DNA from: Minisyncoccota bacterium
GTDB taxonomy: Bacteria; Patescibacteriota; Minisyncoccia; Phycocordibacterales; JAQTLZ01
Reading direction: 5' to 3'
Assembly: GCA_028714635.1 (NCBI GenBank)
Contig: JAQTLZ010000003.1
Coordinates: forward strand, 21,237-85,236
DNA: 64,000 nt
Shown here one piece after another: positions 35,976 through 45,353 of this stretch. Each line of letters opens with the position of its first letter. The first letter of the stretch is position 1. The position numbers and the translations under genes were made by a program. The notes below the pieces were generated by a model. That model saw only the letters and a program-made list of their open reading frames with translations, was not told the DNA's origin and did no database searches.

Positions 35976-37640
35976 TTACTTTTTATTAAGCAAGGAACGA
36001 GCAAGAAGCGATTCACATGTCTCCTCAATAAATCGCTTCACAGGACGTGCGCCGAATCGTGGATCAACCATAGTCTTAATTCTCGCCTCAAGAAGCGCAG
36101 GATCAATATCGAACTGCACTCTATGTTTGGAGAGTCGTGCTTCAATTTTCTTGATTTCAAGCTGTGCAACTTCGACAAGGCCTTTGAGAGAAAGCGGATT
36201 GAAAATAAGAATACTGTCGAAACGATTCAAAAATTCAAGGCGGAAAGTCTTCGCAAGCGCTGGAATAATCTTTTCTTTGAGAAAGGCTTCGCTTCCCACA
36301 TCATTTCCCTTTTCAAATTCTTTGAGAATCTCATCCACAGCAATATTCGAAGTCGCCATAATGATAGAGTGGCGAGCATCGACGGTTTCATTCTGGCCAG
36401 ATGTGAGCCGCCCATCATCAAGAACTTGAAGAAAAATATCGAATACTTTCGGGTGTGCCTTCTCAATTTCATCGAGGAGAATGAGACTGTGAGGTTCTTC
36501 CCGAAGCGCGTTGGTAAGTGCTCCTCCACTTTCATACCCGATGTACCCCGCTGGAGCGCCGATAAGCCTCTGCACAGTGTGATCCTGCCCGAATTCCGAC
36601 ATATCAAAACGGATAAATGTTTCGCTTCGGCCGAACATATTTTCTGCGATAAGTTTTGCTGTTTCGGTTTTCCCCACCCCAGAAGGGCCGAGCATAAGAA
36701 ACGAGCCCAATGGTTTATTCGGATTTCGAATTCCCAATTTCGCTCTCTGGAGCGTCGCCGCAATCTTCTTTATTGCTCCTTTTTGGTTGATTATTCTTTC
36801 GCTCAAAACAGACTCAAGATTTTTGAGCACATGAAGCTCATCGGGCTTCAATTGCGCTTTAGGAATTCCAGTTTTGCCCGCAACGACAGAAGCAATAATG
36901 TCATCCGAAAGCTCTTTCTTCCCAAGCGACACAGCATAGGCAAGACTTTCATCAAGAAGACTGACTGCTCCCCGAGGCAATTGCCCCAGTTTGGGAAATC
37001 GTTCCACAAAGCCCACAATTTCTTTGAGCACCGTATCCGAAACCAAAACATGTTCCCCATTCAGATTTGGTAGTGCTCTTTCAAGGATTTGCGCGTACTC
37101 AAGCGAAGTTTGATTCTTCACTTGTATCGTTTCAAAAGATTTAACAAATGCAGGATGTTCCCGCTCGAGCCATGCATATTCATTAGGTTCAAGGGCCAAA
37201 ACGATTCGCACGTGCGACTTTTTCAGAAGTATCTGATAGAGGCGAAAAATATTTTTAAGGAGTGAACTGTTGCCAAGTACCGCTCTTCCAAAATTATCTA
37301 TAAAAACTACAGATGGAGGCAAGGTCGTCAGTGCTTGCTCAAAATATTTTGCATAGGCTTCATTTTCAAGCTCATACAAATGCTCCGCATCAAGTTGGAT
37401 AAATTGGAGCGAATCAAACTCTTTCTTCCCTGCCATCTTTTTTATCCAGCCATAAACAAGGGTAGTTTTCCCGATGCCATTTGAGCCAACAACGAGGACA
37501 TTGTTGCTTATCTTTCGAGTCACGACACGTGTAAGCCGTTCCATTTCCTCGGTACGGCCAATAACGTTCGGCAATTTGCCCGAGCGAACTTCTTTTCGAA
37601 GATCAAAATATTCAATTTTTTTAAAATGAAAATCAGTCAT
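35976..37640 (-). CDS. ClpA/B-family AAA+ ATPase lacking N-domain and M-domain, with degenerate NBD1
   Basis: VIGRTEE; NBD1 GSNGIGKTT with Walker B FIDNF; NBD2 GPSGVGKTE, DMSEF, LLDEIEKAHP, EFLNRFD and FGARP. Confidence 0.9.
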   Translation of the reverse strand: MTDFHFKKIEYFDLRKEVRSGKLPNVIGRTEEMERLTRVVTRKISNNVLVVGSNGIGKTTLVYGWIKKMAGKKEFDSLQFIQLDAEHLYELENEAYAKYFEQALTTLPPSVVFIDNFGRAVLGNSSLLKNIFRLYQILLKKSHVRIVLALEPNEYAWLEREHPAFVKSFETIQVKNQTSLEYAQILERALPNLNGEHVLVSDTVLKEIVGFVERFPKLGQLPRGAVSLLDESLAYAVSLGKKELSDDIIASVVAGKTGIPKAQLKPDELHVLKNLESVLSERIINQKGAIKKIAATLQRAKLGIRNPNKPLGSFLMLGPSGVGKTETAKLIAENMFGRSETFIRFDMSEFGQDHTVQRLIGAPAGYIGYESGGALTNALREEPHSLILLDEIEKAHPKVFDIFLQVLDDGRLTSGQNETVDARHSIIMATSNIAVDEILKEFEKGNDVGSEAFLKEKIIPALAKTFRLEFLNRFDSILIFNPLSLKGLVEVAQLEIKKIEARLSKHRVQFDIDPALLEARIKTMVDPRFGARPVKRFIEETCESLLARSLLNKK

Positions 37641-37651
37641 GGAAATCTAAA

Positions 37652-39535
37652 TTACGCGGCTCGTCTCATTGTGATACCGCTCGACGGATCACTTTCGGTA
37701 TAGGTTCGTTCCGCTTCCAATTCGTCAATATTTGATTGCGGCTGTCTTCCGTTCACTCCGCTTAGAACTCCCGCTTTTTCTCGAGATTCACCAAAACGAG
37801 CATCCCTCTCCTGCCCTGAAAAGATATCGATTGTATTCGCACCCGTCTCGGAAATGTTTTCTTGCGCCTGGTCTCCTTTCCTTTCATTCTCAACCACGAT
37901 TCTCTTCGCTTCCGGACGAGAAAACTGAACATACGGAGAAGGAATAAGGACTTCATCAGAAATTTTATCCTCTTTTTTGTCTTCTTCTATTTTCTTCTCA
38001 ATAATGCCCGGCTTGTCTGCATTTTTTTCCGCCACTTCTCTTTTCTCAGGTGTTTCCTCCGGTTCTTTTCTTTCTTGTTTCTCTATTTTTATCGGCTTTT
38101 TCTTTTCTGCAATGACAACCTGTTTTTCCTTCTCCTTTGGCAGATCTTTTTTCTCCGCTTCTGGTACTATCGGAGGTTTATCTGGGGTTGTTATTTTTTC
38201 AAGAATAAACTCTTCTTCCCAAACTTCTTTGAGAGGAACAATTTGCTGTTCAATTTTATCCTCAGCAAAAGTATCTCCACCTCCTTCCGGATCTTCTGGC
38301 TCTGGCTCGGGAATGCTCACCAACTCAATTCCGGACGGCTGTTCTTCCTCGAAAATTCCTGCCTTTAAAGTCTCCTTAGCTTCCGTGCTATCCGTACCAG
38401 CTCTTTTACTCAAATCGCTTGGAATAAGGATATCTTCTCCTTCTTCTTTGAAAACGACTGGCTCCCGTTTCTCGTCTGCTTGGAAAACTTCTGGCGCTAA
38501 CAGCTCTTCAATAATTTCTTCTTTCTTTTCGGAATGTACTTCTACCACTTCGGATTCTTCCTCTGACTCCCGCTCCAAACGCTCTTGGCTATTCACGCGA
38601 GCGATTGCTTCGAAGTTTTCAGTTTTTTCTGCAAAAATCTCTGCTTTTCCTTGCACTTTCTCTTCCGGTGCTTGCCTCTCTGGCGCTTCTCTAGGCGAGA
38701 TATTTATAATCGTATTCAAATGAGAAGTTTCAAATAACGGAGCGATAGAGATTGAGTCCACCGCATCCACTTGCGTGTTTTCTCCATTCGTCCCATTCAC
38801 AAGAGATGCGTCGGAAAAAATTCCTGAAGCATTTTCCATCCCCATTTGCTCTCGCAATTCGGCATTTACATCAATTACGAGCGGCCCGCTATCGTTATCA
38901 CTATCTCCATCAAAAGATGTGCTTACTATTTCTGAATCATCATATCCATCATCAGTCTCTTCTCGTATTACAAGTTCTTTTTCAGGATGTAAATAATAGG
39001 AATATTTAATCTCATTATTCTGTCCTTCAAGCCTGACAAATGTAATATGAGTGCCTTTTTCATCAACAAATTTGAAAGTGTAGGAACCTTTTTCGGCCAA
39101 GCCCTTTCTCATCTCCTCATCCGCCTTTCGAAAATTTTCATTCTCATTAACAGAGCCTTTCCCTGTTTTATCAGTCAAACACTCATCCGTTGCTAAATCA
39201 TAAATTTTCCCATCTGCTTCGTTAAAATACGTACTGTCGCCGGATATGTTCACCTCATCATCCACCCCCCATTCCTTACTTTTCCCTCCGTGTTCTTTCG
39301 CGATGACTGCCCGAATATCCCCATCTCTCCACTCTCCTCTCTCGGCTTTTCGCGCCTCCCTTTTCGCTTCTAAATTTTCTTGTTTAAGCCTTTCTTCATT
39401 CGCAACATCTTCGGGAGACTTGGTATCCTCTCGAGAATCTGCAGGAACTCTCTCGACAGGAGGAATATCCTCAAGTACGGGAGCTTGAGGTTTATCTATG
39501 AAATCTTCTGGTATTTCTTGCAGTGTTTCTGGCAT
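37652..39535 (-). CDS. Very acidic (Glu/Asp-rich), largely low-complexity hypothetical protein ending -RRAA
   Basis: Long ORF rich in E/K/D/P; probable start MPETLQE at 39535; 11 nt from the Clp start. Confidence 0.75.
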   Translation of the reverse strand: MPETLQEIPEDFIDKPQAPVLEDIPPVERVPADSREDTKSPEDVANEERLKQENLEAKREARKAERGEWRDGDIRAVIAKEHGGKSKEWGVDDEVNISGDSTYFNEADGKIYDLATDECLTDKTGKGSVNENENFRKADEEMRKGLAEKGSYTFKFVDEKGTHITFVRLEGQNNEIKYSYYLHPEKELVIREETDDGYDDSEIVSTSFDGDSDNDSGPLVIDVNAELREQMGMENASGIFSDASLVNGTNGENTQVDAVDSISIAPLFETSHLNTIINISPREAPERQAPEEKVQGKAEIFAEKTENFEAIARVNSQERLERESEEESEVVEVHSEKKEEIIEELLAPEVFQADEKREPVVFKEEGEDILIPSDLSKRAGTDSTEAKETLKAGIFEEEQPSGIELVSIPEPEPEDPEGGGDTFAEDKIEQQIVPLKEVWEEEFILEKITTPDKPPIVPEAEKKDLPKEKEKQVVIAEKKKPIKIEKQERKEPEETPEKREVAEKNADKPGIIEKKIEEDKKEDKISDEVLIPSPYVQFSRPEAKRIVVENERKGDQAQENISETGANTIDIFSGQERDARFGESREKAGVLSGVNGRQPQSNIDELEAERTYTESDPSSGITMRRAA

Positions 39536-39551
39536 GAAAATAAATAAAGAC

Positions 39552-39577
39552 AAAAAATCCTTCTCGATGAAAGAAGG
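39552..39577 (-). terminator. Terminator-like hairpin (candidate riboswitch expression platform)
   Basis: On the minus strand: ccttct-ttcatcg-agaagg-attttttg, just before the CDS. Confidence 0.5.
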
Positions 39578-39611
39578 TGGCGAAGAGGCGCAAGCGCGTA
39601 CTCTTTAATCT

Positions 39612-39736
39612 CACATCCTTTACTCGAGGACTGACGAAACATACTTTCGTGCGCGGTATTCGGACTTCCCTCTTTCGAGAGTTACCGTAGCGGTACTGTG
39701 CCGGAATTACACCGGACTTCCCCAACGCAACGAAAT
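39612..39736 (-). ncRNA. Cobalamin riboswitch (compact, class II-like)
   Basis: Minus strand GGGGAA-GTCCGGTGTAATTCCGGC-ACAG-TACCGCTACGGTAA...AAGTCCGAATACC, with a downstream CCTCGAGTAAAGG hairpin. This matches the GGGAA, T-loop P4, P5 loop and B12-box layout. Confidence 0.8.
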
Positions 39737-39895
39737 AATTTTTCAAAAACAACAATCAAAACCGGAAACGTATAAGGATATTATATGTCACAGAGAAACA
39801 CGTGCAAGAGTGGATTACTACGCACAGCACACATTAAAATAAAAGCTAGGGAAAAATTTTTAAAGCTCATAAAATAAGGAGATTCCTGGAATTAG

Positions 39896-40780
39896 CTAAG
39901 AACACATCTCTTCAATCACTCCGTCCGTTAGATCATTATTACTAGGAAAAATCTGTGTGGCCCCAACTTTCTTTGCAATTGCAAGATAAACAGATTGTCC
40001 AACGGCAATATTGTCGCAAAACGCCGGATCTTTCGGATACATCTTTTTTAATTCATCGATTGGTGTTCGCCTTAATTTCTGGACATAATCAGAAAAACCA
40101 TCCGGAGAAAAAAGCATGGTGTGCGCAGAAAATGCGCCTGGTGTAAAAGATAACTTAAGAGGAGAACTAATTAATTCTACGAAATGCAAGATTCCAGTGA
40201 CAAAAATAATATCTGCCTTTTCGGTTATAATCATTTCCGCCTCTAAATACTTATCGAGACTATCCCAATCAATAGCGCCATCACCCCGTAAAAATTTTCC
40301 CTTCAAAAATTTAACTCCAAAAGGGAATTTATTAAAGCTTTTTAGATCTTTCTTATCTCCAAAAACTAATTCTGTACTTCCTCCGCCAATATTTACTGCT
40401 GCAAACTGGATTTTTGATGGAATCACATTAACAAACCCTTTATAGAGATAAAGAGTTTCTTTCTCTTGAGAAATAACCTCTGGCGTCACAGAAAGAATGT
40501 CCTCAACCATTCTACAAAACTCGGGAGCATTTTTTGCTTTTCTCAAAGCCTCTGTGCCAAGGACTTTTAGCATTTTCACGCCTTCTTTTTTATTTCGGAC
40601 CAAAGCAACCGAAAGAAGCTCTGAAGTTCTTTGAAATGCCTCAGGAGCAATATTTTCAGCTACACCGAGACCAACATCGGAATATCGTTCAAAATGAATA
40701 AGTTTTTTAGGACCCGGTTTTACTTCAAAAATATAATGTTTGAGACTTTGGGTTCCGATATCGATGATGGAGATTTTCAT
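39896..40780 (-). CDS. Ppx/GppA-family phosphatase (short form)
   Basis: IIDIGTQS, GTEALRKAKN, VISQEKE and NIGGGSTEL motifs (ASKHA fold). Confidence 0.88.
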   Translation of the reverse strand: MKISIIDIGTQSLKHYIFEVKPGPKKLIHFERYSDVGLGVAENIAPEAFQRTSELLSVALVRNKKEGVKMLKVLGTEALRKAKNAPEFCRMVEDILSVTPEVISQEKETLYLYKGFVNVIPSKIQFAAVNIGGGSTELVFGDKKDLKSFNKFPFGVKFLKGKFLRGDGAIDWDSLDKYLEAEMIITEKADIIFVTGILHFVELISSPLKLSFTPGAFSAHTMLFSPDGFSDYVQKLRRTPIDELKKMYPKDPAFCDNIAVGQSVYLAIAKKVGATQIFPSNNDLTDGVIEEMCS

Positions 40781-41205
40781 GAATTGAAGTAAACTCTTTT
40801 TTTCTGGTAATTTTCTAAAATAACTTTCGATCCCGAGAAAAGAGGCTCTGGCAGATTATCGAGCGGATACCAATCCCATTCTCCGCTTTTTTCTGGCTCC
40901 ATCACCCGCGGCTCTCCGCTTGACCAATCTGCCGACATCCCGATATGAACATAATGCCGAGGGGGATATAATTTCGTCGTACCAACCGAAACAAATCGAA
41001 TATTTTTTATTTCAATATCGCATTCCTCTTTCGTTTCGCGCATTGCGCACTCTTCAAACGTCTCCATATACTCCAAATGTCCCCCGGGAAATTGATATTC
41101 TCCATTGCCAAATTGCCCTTTTCTTTTAGCTAAAAGAATTTTTCCGTCTTTGAAAACAATGACACCCATCCCCACTCTGGGTTTTAATTCTTTTGAATCA
41201 ACCAT
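40777..41205 (-). CDS. Nudix hydrolase (MutT/NUDT15-like)
   Basis: PRVGMGV, Nudix box GGHLEYMETFEECAMRETKEE, and MEPEK..EW.W motifs. Confidence 0.92.
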   Translation of the reverse strand: MVDSKELKPRVGMGVIVFKDGKILLAKRKGQFGNGEYQFPGGHLEYMETFEECAMRETKEECDIEIKNIRFVSVGTTKLYPPRHYVHIGMSADWSSGEPRVMEPEKSGEWDWYPLDNLPEPLFSGSKVILENYQKKRVYFNS

Positions 41206-41218
41206 AAAAAATGTTTTA

Positions 41219-41764
41219 TTAAAACTTCATATGGAACCAATCAAGCCCGTAAATGTCGTTTATAAGCGTTCTTTCTCCTTTAGCCCACGTTTTATTTTTT
41301 GAAAGACCGAGAAGCACGATTGCTTCTTTCACGTGTTCTTCACTGCTCCCTTCGATTTCCAGATACGCTGGCATTTTTGGATACTGATCGATATCAAATA
41401 CCCAGTCTTTCAAAACAAAAGAGATCCTATCTTTTTCCTGATGGCCGTAAAGCTCGAGACCAAATTCTTCAAAAAGATCGGCTAATTTTTCGGATTCCTC
41501 AATATTAAAATTAATTTCTTTGTGCTTGCGAGCAGTTCCCAAAATTTCTGATTTGGCTTTCCACGTCACTTCACGTTTCCCTTCTGAATTCTGCCTAATT
41601 CGAAGAAACCACGGATCATCACCTGCATGAGTAAGTCCCTTCGGACCAAACCAATCCACAATCAGACGAGTCTCTTTGGTTCTTTTTGCTCCAAGTTTTG
41701 TGAGTTTCGCGATCAAATCCCCGCTGTCGATATCCAAAACCTTCGTCTCAATTTCATGCGCCAT
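41219..41764 (-). CDS. CYTH-domain protein (triphosphate tunnel metalloenzyme / class IV adenylyl cyclase-like)
   Basis: EIETK (ExExK), LRIR, TWK, QEKDR and YLEIEG motifs. Confidence 0.88.
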   Translation of the reverse strand: MAHEIETKVLDIDSGDLIAKLTKLGAKRTKETRLIVDWFGPKGLTHAGDDPWFLRIRQNSEGKREVTWKAKSEILGTARKHKEINFNIEESEKLADLFEEFGLELYGHQEKDRISFVLKDWVFDIDQYPKMPAYLEIEGSSEEHVKEAIVLLGLSKNKTWAKGERTLINDIYGLDWFHMKF

Positions 41765-41769
41765 AAAAG

Positions 41770-42396
41770 TTAAGAGAAAATTTTAGCCACCGTGTCCGCA
41801 AAAGAAATATCCTTCAGCATGTCCCTTTTCCAACTCTGAACGAACTTCGTAAGAAACTTCTTCGCAATCTTGTCTTTCATGCCTTGTATCATTTTGATAA
41901 AAGTCGAGCTGATGAGCTTTACGTCAGATTTCATGAATTTATTGGCATACATTTTAAAATGCACAGCCTCTATATAATCAGCAATTTTTGCGATCCGCGA
42001 TTCATCTGATTCAAAAGCTTGTTCTTCTTTTAAAAGATCTGCAAAATATCCTTTCTGTGCACCAAAAAGACCGGAAAGATAGCGCTGATTTTCTATTTCA
42101 AATTTCTTAGCGTGCTTATAAGCTTCGGGATTTGCTTTCCTGTATCGCATAGAAATATCGCCCCCAAAGAGTTCGCCCAGATCATGCACGAGCGAAAGTT
42201 CAAGAACTTTTTTTATGTCGATCTTTGCACCTTTTGCATTAAGAGAAGCGGCGATCTGCCATGCAAGCATTGCTACCAAATATTGATGCTCTGCCAAATT
42301 CGAAAGCGGCATGTCTCCGCCATTTACGGCATACCCATATTGCGGCTGTTTGCGGGTGAGTTCCAAAATATGGAAAAGTTTCGTAAGGTGTTCCAT
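41770..42396 (-). CDS. HD-domain phosphohydrolase (YfbR/HDDC2-like)
   Basis: NLAEHQY, LVHDLGE..GD and AKIAD motifs. Confidence 0.88.
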   Translation of the reverse strand: MEHLTKLFHILELTRKQPQYGYAVNGGDMPLSNLAEHQYLVAMLAWQIAASLNAKGAKIDIKKVLELSLVHDLGELFGGDISMRYRKANPEAYKHAKKFEIENQRYLSGLFGAQKGYFADLLKEEQAFESDESRIAKIADYIEAVHFKMYANKFMKSDVKLISSTFIKMIQGMKDKIAKKFLTKFVQSWKRDMLKDISFADTVAKIFS

Positions 42397-42452
42397 GCCG
42401 ATTATAGTAGCAAAAATTTAAAAAACAGTCTTCAGTGAGAAATTTCGAGTTC

Positions 42453-42480
42453 TTGACTCCTCCACTTAACATGCTAAGAT
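42453..42480 (+). promoter_or_regulatory. Promoter of the marR-efflux operon (leaderless)
   Basis: TTGACT-16 bp-(TGc)TAAGAT; ATG 6 nt downstream. Confidence 0.6.
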
Positions 42481-42486
42481 AAAGAA

Positions 42487-42933
42487 ATGAAACAAAAAGT
42501 ACCTATAGAAATAGTGCTTCGTCCCACATTCCGATTCGCCTTTACGATGGCACGCTTGAGCGGCAGAATTCTGCGCAATGAAATTGGCATCGGCATCTCG
42601 CAATTTAGGATGCTCGCTGCCCTCTCCAACCTGCCGAACTCTTCGCAGAAAAAGATCGCCAGCTTCTGGGACGTCACCGAAGCCTCGATCAGCCGGCAAA
42701 TCCAAAATCTCCTTGCAAAAGATCTTATTGTGAAGACAAAGAATCCAGAAAATATTCGAAGTCCTTTTTTAAATGTGAGCGAAAAAGGAAAAAAACTTTT
42801 AAAAAAATCACTCCACCACATCGATCGTCATGCCGAGACCACCTTCAACACCATCACTCCCGAGGAACGAAAAACCCTTTCTCGCCTACTTGAAAAAATG
42901 TTCGTCTGCGCGAAAAAAGAAGTCGAAATCTAA
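42487..42933 (+). CDS. MarR family transcriptional regulator
   Basis: ISQFRMLAAL, SQKKIA, VTEASISRQIQNL and SEKG winged-HTH pattern. Confidence 0.88.
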   Translation: MKQKVPIEIVLRPTFRFAFTMARLSGRILRNEIGIGISQFRMLAALSNLPNSSQKKIASFWDVTEASISRQIQNLLAKDLIVKTKNPENIRSPFLNVSEKGKKLLKKSLHHIDRHAETTFNTITPEERKTLSRLLEKMFVCAKKEVEI

Positions 42934-42945
42934 TATAATAAAACT

Positions 42946-44622
42946 ATGCACAAATATAAAAAAATAAAATTGTGGTTTCTCGCTCATAAAATTATTGGAT
43001 TAATAGTAGTTCTTGCTATCGTTTTCGGCGCCTACCAAATCTATAAGCACTACACTGCCCCCTCGACCGAACCTCGATACATCCTCGCAACTGTCGAAAA
43101 AGGTACTATTACCTCTTCGGTCACCGGAACAGGCCAAGTTTCCGCTTCGAATCAAATTGAACTCAAAGCAAAAGTTTCTGGCGAAGTAGTGGCCCTCAAT
43201 GCGAAAACGGGTGATGAAATAAAAGCTGGAAGCACTATTCTTCAGATAGACTCATTCGATGCGGGCATTGAACTCGAAAACGCAAAAATTGCTTATAAAG
43301 ACCTCATTACTGTCGAACCACTTGATATTATAAAGGCGCAAAATACCCTCAATAATGCCGAGAGTTCACTCACTACCGCCTACAACAATGCTCTCGGAAC
43401 CCTTACAGCATCTTCCTTCGATATGTCTAAAGTTCACGACGATCTTAATTCCCTTTTGTCGGGAAATGGATATTTACGCCAGACAAACTACGGTCTGGAT
43501 GGAACTGAGAGAACATACCGAACGAAGGCATACGAAAGTTTCGTAACCGCAGAAACAGCTTTTTACGCATTTCAGAAAGATATCGTTGGTATTTCAGCGA
43601 AAACGAATCCTGAAATTATAGAAGCTAAGGTCATAAATGGATACCAAACCGCGAATATAGTCGCCAAAGCTGCAAAAGACGCGAAAGATGCAGTCTCATA
43701 CACAAGCCGATACGCGGAAGCAAGCGATACGGACGCGAGTGAAGCAAATGCAGCGGTAAGCTCGCTCACAGCCACAATAAACTCTGCCGTAGCAAACCTT
43801 CTTTCAGCCAAAGAATCTATTGCATCAGGAAAACGAAACCTTGAAGAAACGAGGCTCAACCTTGCCGACGTAAAAAACGGGCCAAAAGAGACAGACGTAA
43901 AATCAAGCGAACTAAATGTGCGTCAAAAAGAAAAAGCCTACTACGATCACTTTATTACAGCTCCTTTTAATGGCATCGTAGGCCGGCTGGACGTAGAAAA
44001 GAATGATTCGATTTCGAGTGGGAGTGTAGTTGGCATCTTTCTCAGTAAAACAAAGATCGCCGATATTTCCCTTAATGAAGTAGACATCGCTCATATCAAA
44101 GTCGGACAAAAAGTAACGCTGACCTTCGATGCAGTAGAAGGACTTTCTATTTCTGGAGAAGTCGTCGAGATGGACCTTGTGGGCACAGTCACGCAGGGAG
44201 TGGTGAATTACAATGTAAAAGTCGCATTCAACACCGAAGATGACCGGGTAAAAGCTGGGATGAGCGCGAACGCGGTGATTGTGACAAGCACGATAGGAAA
44301 TGTACTGGCGATACCAAATAGCGCTGTAAAAATAAGGGGTGAAAAACATTATGTAGAAATTCTCCCCGATGCTTCAGGAGATACTTCCTCAAAATCAGGA
44401 GTGACTTCATCTGCTTTGCCGATTCAGCAAGAAATAGAGATTGGCACTGCGGGTGATACAAAGACAGAAATCACTTCGGGACTCAAAGAAGGAGATAAGA
44501 TCATTGTACGAACGATTGCCGCATCGGCATCCCCCACAACTTCTCAAGCACCGAGCATCTTTGGGGGAGGAACGCGTACAACAACTGGAGGCGGAGCAAA
44601 TCGCGGTACAACAGGAAGATAG
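42946..44622 (+). CDS. Efflux RND/MacA-type periplasmic adaptor subunit
   Basis: N-terminal TM, V.GTGQV, lipoyl half-motifs (KVSGEV; ITAPFNGIV), E.DI..IKVGQ, GMSA and EITSGLKEGD. Confidence 0.9.
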   Translation: MHKYKKIKLWFLAHKIIGLIVVLAIVFGAYQIYKHYTAPSTEPRYILATVEKGTITSSVTGTGQVSASNQIELKAKVSGEVVALNAKTGDEIKAGSTILQIDSFDAGIELENAKIAYKDLITVEPLDIIKAQNTLNNAESSLTTAYNNALGTLTASSFDMSKVHDDLNSLLSGNGYLRQTNYGLDGTERTYRTKAYESFVTAETAFYAFQKDIVGISAKTNPEIIEAKVINGYQTANIVAKAAKDAKDAVSYTSRYAEASDTDASEANAAVSSLTATINSAVANLLSAKESIASGKRNLEETRLNLADVKNGPKETDVKSSELNVRQKEKAYYDHFITAPFNGIVGRLDVEKNDSISSGSVVGIFLSKTKIADISLNEVDIAHIKVGQKVTLTFDAVEGLSISGEVVEMDLVGTVTQGVVNYNVKVAFNTEDDRVKAGMSANAVIVTSTIGNVLAIPNSAVKIRGEKHYVEILPDASGDTSSKSGVTSSALPIQQEIEIGTAGDTKTEITSGLKEGDKIIVRTIAASASPTTSQAPSIFGGGTRTTTGGGANRGTTGR

Positions 44623-44636
44623 AAACTTCAGTAACC

Positions 44637-45353
44637 ATGATTGAAATCAAAGATGTCACAAAAACATACTCATCAGGAAATTTGGCGTTTCAAGCGCTTC
44701 GCGGAGTAAGCTTCTCGATTACTAATGGAGAATTTGTCGCAATTATGGGGCCGTCAGGTTCGGGGAAATCTACGCTCATGCACATCCTCGGAGCTCTCGA
44801 CACTCCCACTTCTGGAAAATATTTTCTAGATGGAAAAGATGTGAGTTTACTAAGCGATGATGAACTGGCAAACATACGAAGAGATAAAATCGGCTTTGTA
44901 TTCCAAGCTTTCAATCTTCTTCCGCGAGCCACCGTGCTTCGCAATGTGATGCTCCCGCTCGTATATGACGGAATAAAAAAAGAGGAACGGATAATTCGTG
45001 CACAGAAGGCATTAAAAGCCGCGGGACTCGAACAAGATCATTTTCTCCACCTTTCAAACCAGCTCTCTGGAGGACAAATCCAGCGCGTGGCAATTGCGAG
45101 AGCGCTTGTGAACAATCCGAAACTCATTCTCGCAGATGAACCGACCGGAAACCTTGATACAAAAACTGGAGAGATTGTGCTCGGCACATTCCAGCGTTTA
45201 AATGAAGAGGAGGGGCGCACCATTGTACTTATCACCCACGAATCGGATGTTGCGGAACATGCTGAAAGGATTATTCATATCAAAGACGGATTGGTATTAA
45301 GCGACAGCAAAAAGCATACGCGAAGAATTATTCACAAAAGCGAAACAAGATGA
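44637..45353 (+). CDS. ABC transporter ATP-binding protein (MacB/LolD-like)
   Basis: GPSGSGKST, LSGGQIQRVAIARAL, LADEPTGNLD and ITHE motifs. Confidence 0.95.
   Translation: MIEIKDVTKTYSSGNLAFQALRGVSFSITNGEFVAIMGPSGSGKSTLMHILGALDTPTSGKYFLDGKDVSLLSDDELANIRRDKIGFVFQAFNLLPRATVLRNVMLPLVYDGIKKEERIIRAQKALKAAGLEQDHFLHLSNQLSGGQIQRVAIARALVNNPKLILADEPTGNLDTKTGEIVLGTFQRLNEEEGRTIVLITHESDVAEHAERIIHIKDGLVLSDSKKHTRRIIHKSETR

Noticed and set aside
35823-37073. 416-aa plus-strand ORF
   Set aside because: Antisense to the well-supported Clp ATPase; long antisense ORFs are a common artefact of such genes.
39631-39650. CTGACGA...GAAA hammerhead-like core on the plus strand
   Set aside because: No stem II between CUGANGA and GAAA. 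The region is better explained as the minus-strand cobalamin riboswitch.
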